Below the pieces are notes generated by a model. It did not search any database. It saw only the letters and a program-made list of their open reading frames with translations, and was not told where the DNA came from. A program made the position numbers and the translations under genes. From Patellaria atrata CBS 101060 (taxonomy: Eukaryota): 64,000 nucleotides of DNA. Shown piece after piece: positions 51,669 through 61,715 of this stretch. Position 1 is the first letter of the stretch, and each line of letters opens with the position of its first letter. The stretch covers positions 62,001 through 126,000 of the forward strand of contig MU006108.1 in NCBI GenBank assembly GCA_010093705.1, in the 5' to 3' direction.

Positions 51669-53288
51669 TCAGCTCTTTTCATCGCCCCTAAACCGCTCCA
51701 ACAATCCAACATCCCATCCCTGAAATCGTCTCGCTGAGATCGGTAACAACTTCGCACTCTCCCTCAGCGTATCCCTCAATTGCGTTACCACCAGTGCCGG
51801 CAGCGTGAGTTCCTCGACCGACATGCTCTGCGTGTCCATCAGGAGAGCGGTGGGAGCTTCTTTCCTCCCTTCGGTCTGCCAGAAGATTTTCATGGCGCGG
51901 GTGGGATCGGTGCGTTTGGATGACAAGACGGAAGAGCAGATAAGGAGGGAAGGGGTGAAGATCCAAATCTGTGGAGGTTAGGAAGAGGGGGGCAGTCGGA
52001 GTGAGGAGAATTTCTTCATAGCATGGTGTATGAATGGTTGAGTATGGTGGAGGACAGTTACATAGACTTACCAGAAGTGACTCTTTTTCAGCATCATCGT
52101 CCCTATCGCTGCTATCGACGCGAAATTTGCGCACACCTTGGCTCTCGACGAGCGTTATGAACAGCGCGGAGAGCCATTTCTGCATACTGTAGTACTGGCG
52201 TCGTGGCTTTGCAAAAGCGATGGTGAGACTCCATTTATAGAGCTTGTAGCCCTCTGCACGAGTATCGAAAAGTCCAAGGACGGAATTACAAGATGAGCAC
52301 AGGAGCAGTGGATCATGGTTATGATTATGGGAGGAAGAAGACTTTTGTATTATCTGCTCCTATCTAAATTAGCGCATGAACGCTCATTTTACGGTATGTA
52401 TCTCTAATTTCCCCGGCCAAAGTAACAACTTGAACAGAGGCCTGAGGAATAAAGGAGACGATGACTAGACCCGCTAAGTCACCCGTCCGAAGAGGGTAGC
52501 AGAGCAGGTCTGGTCTATTTACTCTCGGGCGAGTGTATCGGGTAATTGAAGTCACCAGGCCGACCGGAGACCGGTCGGGACTTACTCCCTTCTTCAGGCC
52601 CATGAAAAGCATTACAGTATAGGGTAATAGATCATATGTAGATGGCACAAGGCTGACCTACTTTGACACCGCTACAGTCCTCGTGGTCGAGTAGCAGATA
52701 CGAAAGATCAACAAGGCCAGTACCTTGCGAAGCAGTCAGTTCGGTAGAAGCAGCATAGCCCTTTTCCTGACCAACTGTGTGGTGCTGATGTTCGTGTGGT
52801 TTATGACAGTGCCAAAAGTCCATCATCTCGGCCCAGTTTTCGCTGGGCAGATCTTTCCACTGTCCGATAGCATCAGATTTGACGAGTTCATTGCTACATT
52901 CTAGACACGAAATCCTTTTCGCATCGTCCATTGAGGTTGCGGACCAAGGGACTGCATTTGCTCCCTCATCTGCGCTTGCTTCCCCGTACTGGAGTAACCC
53001 AGCGGCCTTCTCTTCAAGCTGTAGTCGTAGGGTTAGTTCCTTGGAAGGGGTAGCTGGAAGTGTTAGTGAGGCAGAACCACCGCCAGATATCTTGGTCGGT
53101 AGGCGTATGCTTGCAAATTTGCCTTCATGGGTGAGCGTAATCCATTCACCGTCGGTTGACAGCGAAGCTTTAGTTTCTTCGTTTGACTCTGTACGTAAAG
53201 AAGCGAAGAAGGATATCGTACGTATGTTTAGGAGAAGCTCAGCGTAAAGTTCTATGTGTGAATCCGCGTCGGATTCGGACTCTCCCAT
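51669..53288 (-). CDS. HECT-like E2-binding protein (UBE3D/Ipa1 family, 404 aa)
   Basis: Exons 53288-52662, 52359-52072, 51968-51669; LYAELLLNIR, CLEC, WKDLPSENWAEMMDFWHCHKP, CSSC, IWIFTP, RAMKIFW. Confidence 0.88.
52394..52604 (-). ncRNA. Intron-encoded box H/ACA guide RNA; predicted targets U2 snRNA Psi42 and 25S rRNA Psi966 (S. cerevisiae numbering)
   Basis: Layout hairpin / H box AGAGUA (52525-52520) / extra UUCG hairpin / hairpin / ACA (52399-52397); both pockets sit 14 nt from their boxes and pair with the target flanks; ends approximate. Confidence 0.8.
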
Positions 53289-53397
53289 TATTGTTGAATT
53301 TATTGACGGGTGTGGTCCGGGTTAGGTTTGCGCTTTGCAGTTGGGAAAGTGTAGTGTGCGCACGGGCGTCTTCGACGCAAACATTTGTCCAAATGAA

Positions 53398-53433
53398 GCA
53401 GACAAGCCAAACAAGCCAAACAAACCAAACAAG
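53398..53433. repeat. 9-bp tandem repeat (ACAAGCCAA-like) x3-4
   Basis: gacaagccaaacaagccaaacaaaccaaacaag upstream of the UBE3D-like ATG. Confidence 0.8.
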
Positions 53434-54232
53434 GGGTCCTGTACAGTTCGAATTGAACTTCTTGGCGTTTCGTCTCCATCCCTACATATCAGTTCATCAC
53501 CCGTTCCTCTATGTACCATAGCAACTATCTCGTGCTCCAGCTCTCTACAAAGCGGATACTTTTGATCGTGCATCTTGTCATCTTGAAGCCTCTTGAGGCT
53601 CAGAATCAATCGAAACGGTTCACAGAATGTGCTCTCCGATTTCGTTCAAAGAGACCGCTAGGCCGTAAGTCTGTAACGCGAACGTCTCATCCCCTGATCT
53701 CCAACACCAAACGTCGCAGAGTCGTCACCAGCGCCACGCGAGACCGATATGAGACCTCTTCTATTCCTCTTCCGTTTAAAACTGAACTTTTACTCCTCAG
53801 AGTGGCTCACCATCTTCAACCCAATTCCATCTTGGCCATAAGGAAACGACCAGGGCACGGGCGTTTAAGTCCGCCTAGAACAAAAACATACCAAACTCCC
53901 CTGATGATTACGATCGTGAGACCCGGTTTACCATGTAATGATGTGCAGGGGACTTTCGTTCTCATTTCTCAATGCCTTTTTTTTTTATCGAGTCTCTTGA
54001 GTCCGTGACGCCTAGGTTTTGCGTCTTCAGCTCCGACTCGTGTTTTTTCCTTTCCCATTCATCTTTCCTTTGAATCTTCATTCGTCGTTTGGGCAAAGTC
54101 TTTCGACTTTTTGTCGTATTCGTTCGTTCTTTTCTACAGCTGGTCTGCTTAGCGGTCTGTGACTGATTACACTCCTTTCTATTATATATTTATTTCGATG
54201 CATTTGTCTAGCAAGACCAGAACACGATTACA

Positions 54233-57078
54233 ATGAAAAGGATAAAACTAGCCAGCGCTTGGATGAGCGTCGTCGCGATAGGGATCCTATGGCTGCCAAC
54301 GGTACGGAATAAGATAGTGAATTCGGGAGAGCGTAGTTTGACATATTGCAGGTCCGAGGTCGTTTTCCACAGCGCATCATTCCAGATGATCACGATGCGA
54401 AAGGTATTTTTCATGCGAACCACAATGCGAAAGGAATATTTCACGTCAGGGACGCCAACGGCGAATTGCCCGCTGTAGTTCCTGAAGTAGCTCCTGAGTA
54501 TGCAATCCCATTATACGCCCACGACGTAACCAACGATTCTAACATTCAGAAAAGAGGACCAATGTCCATCGATGCAGTCCAAGTCGAGACCAGTCCCGCG
54601 TTGGGGCCCAGTATGACAACGGATGTTGAGCATATTCCTTCCCCAGAAGTATCTCAGCCCGTGGAAACAACGTCGTGCAGTACCGAAATAGCCGTGATAA
54701 CCCATGAACCATCGATCGTTGTAGAATCCGTCACTCAAGAACTTCCTATGACGTCCCATGTACCACCAACAGAACATGTCGTATCAGTTAACTCGCATCC
54801 CGTGGAATCAACATCGTATAGCAGCGAATCTATCGTGGCAGAAGTACCCATGGAGTCTCATGTACCGCCTCCGGAACATGTCATACCTGTTGAGAGCATC
54901 TCATCTCCCGAACACACTCCCGAAGGCGAAACCACGATGTACCTTTGGCCTGAAATAACTGGCGAGACCGAAGCCCTGTTGCCGATCTATACATCAATCA
55001 TTGAGCACCCTCCCATTGAAGAGCAGTCGATCCCTATTGTCTCTGAACCCATGCAGACTCACCCGATAGCGGTAGTCTCTACAGCACATATAATGCAGCC
55101 TCACGAGACGACAATCGCTGATATTGCAGTATCAACGCATCCGGTTGTAGTAGAAACGGTAGTGCATCCACCACCTCCCCATGAGACTCTAGTTGTAGAG
55201 GTTACCCCGGTAGCCTCATCACCACCTCCACATGAGGTAGCACCTGTCCAGGAAACAATGCCGGTCCATGAGACTATGCCGCCGGTGCATATGACGATGC
55301 CAGTCCAAGAGATCATGCCAGTTCATGAGACGATACTGCCGGTCCAAGAGACAATGCCACCGATTCATGAGACGATGATGCCTCCGGTCCACGAGACGAT
55401 GCCGCCGCCAGAACTCCACGAAACGATGCCACCGCTTCAAGAGACGATGCCACCAGTAGTCCATGAGACGATGCCACCAGTAGTCCATGAGACGATGCCA
55501 CCAGTAGTCCATGAGACGATGCCACCAGTAGTCCANNNNNNNNNNNNNNNNNNNNNNNNNNNNNNNNNNNNNNNNNNNNNNNNNNNNNNNNNNNNNNNNN
55601 NNNNNNNNNNNNNNNNNNNNNNNNNNNNNNNNNNNNNNNNNNNNNNNNNNNNNNNNNNNNNNNNNNNNNNNNNNNNNNNNNNNNNNNNNNNNNNNNNNNN
55701 NNNNNNNNNNNNNNNNNNNNNNNNNNNNNNNNNNNNNNNNNNNNNNNNNNNNNNNNNNNNNNNNNNNNNNGAGACGATGCCACCAGTAGTCCATGAGACG
55801 ATGCCACCAGTAGTCCATGAGACGATGCCACCAGTAGTCCATGAGACGATGCCACCAGTAGTCCATGAGACGATGCCAGTACATGAGACAATCCCAATTG
55901 CGGTTGCTCCTCCTCAAGAGCACACTCCGGAAATGCCTATTCATACCCCTCCCGTACATCCACCGATGCAAACTTTGGTTATTGTTGAATCAGTTCCCGT
56001 CATGGTCCATCCTATCCCTAGCGTAGTGGTTGTTTCTACCCCGATGCATGAAATTCCAATGCAGACTCACGTCACTACAGTCAAAGTACCCGTTGTATCT
56101 CATCCACCTGCTGAAAACGTTCATATTCCGGCAGAGTCACCGGAACCTGAGGTGCCCGTCCAAGGAGTCACCGTAACACATCACACAACGCAAAGAGTAA
56201 CGCAATTAATCACAATCACCGAGACAATGAACGGTCTGGTTTCAGTTTACACTGTAAGTGGATAATTCCTGAAAAGCTTACATCATGTGTTGAATTATAT
56301 TAACGTACTATAGTCCGATCTCGCGATACTTTCCTCTCAGACTTTTGCCCTCCAACCTCCCGTTGAAACTGTTCCGGTTCTTATGTCGATGCCACTGCCT
56401 TCAATTATTGCTCCCTCGCTCATACCTTTACCATCTCCCTCAGTGGAAGCATTCTGCAAATGTCACTGCGTGTGCCCTCCCGGCTCTTTTGACCCAAATT
56501 TAATTCAATATGCACCGCAGCACCCCATGGTGGATGCTCCCTCAGCTTATTTACCTGAAATAAGCTCGAACGTGGTCTCATCAGCGCTTCCAACCCTAAC
56601 CACTCTATTAACGGCTCCGTCCAGCTCCGTGATTGCGGAAGAAATAACGACTTCCATATTCGAACTCACTCTCGACGTTAGCGGGGCAGAATCATCTCCA
56701 ATATCGACCTCTGCTCCCGAGAGCGTAGCGGATGCATCTTTCGCGTTATCAGCACCAGCAACCACCGAATCTCCGCCCAGTGAGACCACGATCGAGCCCA
56801 CGACATCCTCTGAGATCCCTGCAACAACAGAAGTACCTGCGAACACATCAACTGCTCCCCCCTCAACAGTTGCTGAGTCTACCACCGAGGAAGCCCCACC
56901 GGAAGTGACAACGGCGATACCGGATGAAGCTCTACAGCAAGCTTCTTCACTTCTCGCCGCGGCGAGTAGCATCGGCAACGAGCTACCGTTTGACATCAAT
57001 ACATTCCAGTTGCTACCGAGCGTCGCCGTCGGTCTTGGACCCGGAAGATTGAGGAGAAGGGTGATGAGACCAACATGA
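54233..57078 (+). CDS. Secreted Pro/Val/His/Glu/Thr/Met-rich repeat protein with ETMPPVVH array and CxCxCxC motif
   Basis: Exons 54233-54301, 54352-56253 (contains the N gap), 56314-57078; signal-peptide-like N-terminus, KR site (IQKR), FCKCHCVCP, S/T-rich C-terminal part. Confidence 0.85.
55441..55889 (+). repeat. Coding 24-bp minisatellite GAGACGATGCCACCAGTAGTCCAT spanning the assembly gap 55536-55770
   Basis: About 4 perfect units on each side of the gap; degenerate units extend back to about 55230. Confidence 0.95.
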
Positions 57079-57567
57079 GTCGTGGTGCGGGTTTTATGAG
57101 CGTGGATTTCCTTTTGTTAGCTTGCGATGAATATTCTTTATGTAATAATACCCAAGATGCGCTTTATTTGTGTTGGGCCACTGTGTAGGATAATGGAACT
57201 CGGTACCGAAGAAGCTATCTGAGGAGAGGGGAATTGAGCGTTCAATTCGCCAAGGACGATATTGAGTGTACACAACTTGGGCAAAGAGGTTGCTAGGCCT
57301 GATAAGGGCAGGTGATAGCAAAGACGAGAGGATTACCGCATCATCGTAGCAAAGGGGCCATTCTATGCACATGTATGGCACATCCTAAAATATACGATTA
57401 CATTCCACAAGATTGACCGTATAAGTCACATCTCTCTTTCTATCCATATGTAGTTCCGAAATGCTACATGTCTCTCCCACCTCGCCGCCATTCCCCTCTT
57501 GATACCAGTATCAGTTACACGATTTCCAGCACACCCAAGATATCCAAGTTTCTTTGCTCCAAATCTC

Positions 57568-58329
57568 CTACGCCTCCTCAAGCCTGCCCATCATATCCCG
57601 CATATCCCTCTTCATCTCGGCCATCCCCTGCCTCACGCCCTCCAAGCGATTCTTCCGCTCCGCGATCTTCTCCCTCATTTTCTCCATCACCCGCTTCTTC
57701 CTCTCGATCCGCCTGTCGAACCGCTCGAAACTCGCTTGTAGCTCCTCCCACTCGTCTTCGAGGACTAAGCGGCGTTTTGGACCTTCCTTCCTCAAACCGT
57801 TCGGCGGCTTCGGCTTCAGTATCGTGGCGGTGGGCGCACTTTTCTTCCTGGAGTTCGCGTTCACGTTTGAGGACTCCTGCATAGGTGGTGAGCTCTCGGT
57901 TTTCCGTTCCCCCGGCACGATGTGGGTGTGAGTGTCTGTTTGGGTGACGTCCTTTTCGGATTTGAGCTCTTCGCCGTCTGATTCTTCGTCGGAGGGCGTG
58001 AGAAGATTTATGATGCAGGGGGGTGGGCGGCGGGGTGGGGAGCCTACTGCAGAAGTGGAAAGGTTATTGGGGGGGTTCTAAGAAAAAGAGTTTGCGTTTG
58101 CGTTTGGGTGTAGGTTTTGGAGGGGTGGTAGGAAGGAAGGGGAGAAAGGGGGCGTACGTCGTTTGATTGGCATGTCCTCTTGTGGGCTGGGTGCGCTGTG
58201 ACGATGCGGTTGGGCGGTCGAGTGACCGGGGACTTTGGATGACTGGGCGTCGCGCTGCCAGATGCGTTTCATTGTTGACGTTTGGTTTTGACCGGAGCGG
58301 AGACGCGCTGTTTGCTTGATTCGTGCCAT
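57568..58329 (-). pseudogene. Orphan gene with histone H3-like N-terminus and C-terminal coiled coil, split by one in-frame TAG (58080-58078)
   Basis: ORFs 58329-58078 and 57918-57568 share a frame and the 53 codons between them are open; starts MARIKQTARLRSG. Confidence 0.6.
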
Positions 58330-59791
58330 GGTTACGACGGGTTGGGTATGTTTTGTAGAAAATATAGAGAGATCCGTTCTGTGGATTGAGGTTCACATAA
58401 GGTAGATCTTGTGGTTGGAAGAATGGGGAGGACGTAGGGTTAACCCCCTAGAGAGGGGGGGGAACCCGGGGGGGGGGGGTGCGAGGGCGAGATGAGTCAA
58501 TGTTGCGGTGTCTCGATCACTGAGTAAGTGCTTATCGAACCAAACGGAGATTTCAGCCAGAGGGCCCCGCTGATATGAGAGAGATGGTTTCTGGGAGTGC
58601 GGTATTGAGGAGGTTGGGGTTGAGGGGGGACATGTGGACGTAAGGGGCTATGACTATCGGCTGAGGCACGTGAAGATGTTGGTAGGTGGTACGTATAAAG
58701 GTGCAAGTATATAGGAGATTTGGGGCCTGGTGTGGAGGATCGGTTCGTACGGTGCTGTTTCTGTGATATGGTATCTGTAGATGGTGCGCTTGACTTGTAA
58801 TACCAACGCGTAGTAGTTCCTAAGTTATGTTAAACCGGTATTCAGTCTCACATTCTGCTTCTGAAAACCAACCACGAGGAGATCCGTATTAGTATAAAAC
58901 CTGGATCCATAACTATATTCATAAGGTGAAGATACTTACAATGTCATAGACTACGCCAAAGAATTAGAAGTCTACACTCAGCTGCTAAACTTTCTTACCT
59001 CTTCCGAACACCCAGTGTAAAGTTCCTCCTCCATTCTCCTGACATGTTGATTGGTAAAGGAAAGGAATCCTCCATCAAAGAATTACTAGCTGATTTTAAC
59101 GACCAGATACGGCGATGGTGGGGCAAAAGGAGAATATTCAATCGATACGAGGTCCTTATAACCGCTAAGCTTCTTGAAATTATATAGGTCGTATACGGAA
59201 AACCAGCGTTTGGACTTGTGCTTTAACATCTAAAAGCCGGGAACCCATTTCTTTGTCCTCGACCAAGTATTTATCATGTCTATAGTGATGTGGGTTTGTT
59301 CCACAGTACGAGTAAACTCAACTCATATTCTCCCTAGAGACAACAGTCCGGTAAGCTAGAAGTACAATGACAAGATATCACACACGATGGGGCAAAATAT
59401 AGGTATAATTCTAAAAGCAAAAATTATGAAAATATCCGTACTCATTAACACTTCCAAGGTGAGGCCACGCGAGAAGAGGCTTTTCGAAGCCACTCACCGA
59501 ACAATGAAATCCTCCCCCAATCTCATCTCAATCTCCCAAATCAAGACAATGAAAAATGATGGATTTGTATAATGAACACGATTCTATAACTTACCTCAGA
59601 CTCTTGCACTTTCGATCACCATTCCGTGATTATTACCCACATTCGTTTTGCTCGCTAGGAGCCGTACACTCATTACTGATTACCCTGAGAACCATACGCA
59701 ATCATTGCATTTCAGAGCAATTTCTCTCTTCCAGTCTTGTCTAAAGCAGGCTTCGATTAGAGACCAAGATTCTAGAATATAACTTCTCAAC

Positions 59792-61715
59792 ATGTACTTC
59801 GCTCGTACTCTATTCGCTATCGTAACTCTCCTTGTAGTCGCATCTAATTCGATTGCCCTTAAAGGTATTACGGCCGGTGTTTGTATCCAGTCCGGACGAA
59901 GGCCTTTTAGGCAAGATATCGAACAGTTTCAAAAAGAGAGACGGATGTTTACTCTGTACATCCTTGCTTTGCGGGAGTTTAACACGGCAGATGAAAACGA
60001 TCTTCTTTCAGGTACCAGAGTGGCTGGTAAGTTTTGCCACGTTCGATCATTGTTCTTTCTTTCACCTTTTAGCCATGCTGATAACAATGAACATTTAGGA
60101 ATCCACGGCTGGCCATACAAGGTGTATGATAATGTAACAAGTTACGCAGAAAACCCGACGGTTGGGTATGCACTTCATCAGTCCATCCTTTTCGGACCAT
60201 GGCATCAGGCGTATTTGGCTCACTATGAACAAATAATCTTTGAGTATGCCCAGAAGATAGCTTCGAAATATCCTGACGGGAAACGGACAAAGTATATGCT
60301 TGCGGCCAACTTTCTCCGGATCCCTTACTGGGATTGGAGTCGTTCGCCCGAGCTGCCCGAAATCGTTAAGAGAAAGAAAATTGATATTGACATGCCAGAG
60401 GGAAGACGAAGGATTGATAACCCGTTATACACCTTCGAGTTCAAAGGAGCTACTGATTCGGTGAGTGAATCCCCAACACGTAGAAAATATGTTTTAACCT
60501 GCACGATCATTCTTCTGTTCTCTTCAAATAGAGAAAATTTTTGCTCATAACGCGATTTCGCTAATAGTAGCACCACAGTTTCTGGGTTGTAAAGAAATAG
60601 TTCGAGCTTCTGACATCGTGAATGATAGATGTACTACTAGGGATGATTTGGCGAATGCGGCTATGACAAACATAGGAAAAGCTCTGCGAGAAGATACATA
60701 CCGTCTCATCGCTTCCCAGCCCAATTTTGCAGCATTTTCGAACCAGGCGTATAGAGGTCCATTACGAAATAATAACCCGGGGAACATGGAGGAAATTCAC
60801 AACCGGGTCCATGCCTTCGTCGCGGGCCACATGAACTACATCGCCGCTTCATCATTCGATCCCTTATTTTTCTTGCATCACGCCAACGTGGACAGATTTT
60901 ACGAGATCTGGAAGGCCATCTACCCCGACTCGTACGTGATCGATCAACTGCACCAGGATCCGACGTTTACTTACGGGCCGAATACTACCGAGACGATCAA
61001 CACCCCGCTGGCTCCGTTCAAGAGAGACGACAATGGCAACTTTCACACAGCCGCCACAATCCGATCCACGAAGAACGTCGGATACTCTTATCCCGAAATT
61101 CAGGATTGGGGCAACATCACATCTGCTCAGCTATCGCTCAATGTCAAAAAGGAGCTCAACAAAATCCTCAACCCCACGGGTACCACCCACGCGGGAAGTG
61201 GCAATCGTTCGGCTAGGAAGCGTTTAGGAAAGAGAAATGTGCTTGAACCGTATAACGAATATCTTATTAACATCGTAGTTGATAAGAATAGTCTCGGCAC
61301 CTCCTTTTTCAATCGCTTTTTCCTCGGTGAACCACCAGCTAATCCGAAAGATTGGACGACGGCGAAGAACCTCGCTGCTTCTCACGCCGTGCTTGTCCAA
61401 ACTCAGCAGGTCGACGGTGACGTTATTCCTGTAGTCGCTCAATTGTCTCTCACAACAGCACTAGAGGAAGCTAAAGAGGGTGGCAAAATCGAAAACTTAG
61501 ACCTAGAATCCGTAAAGGATTTCCTGGATGAAAACTTAGAATGGCGAGTGCAGAAACTCGACGGGAACACCGTCGACCCCGCAAGCCTCGTAGATCTGCA
61601 CATCACCGTAGGCTATCAAGTAGTAACGCCGAATGATGATCTTGGAAGCTTTAGCGAATATGGCCCTTTTGAGACTCTGAAAATCAACTGGAGTGATGGG
61701 AACTTGGCGAGATGA
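59792..61715 (+). CDS. Secreted tyrosinase / type-3 copper polyphenol oxidase with C-terminal shielding domain (577 aa)
   Basis: Exons 59792-60026, 60099-60460, 60579-61715; CuA GIHG...YALH...FGPWH, RIPYWDW, CuB HNRVH...FDPLFFLHHANVDR, GYSY; signal peptide. Confidence 0.93.

Noticed and set aside
55441..55889. CRISPR-like array
   Set aside because: Contiguous coding repeats with no spacers, in a eukaryotic gene
55219..55971. Antisense ORFs with WWHRLMDY and SSHGLLVA repeats
   Set aside because: Shadow frames of the 24-bp coding minisatellite
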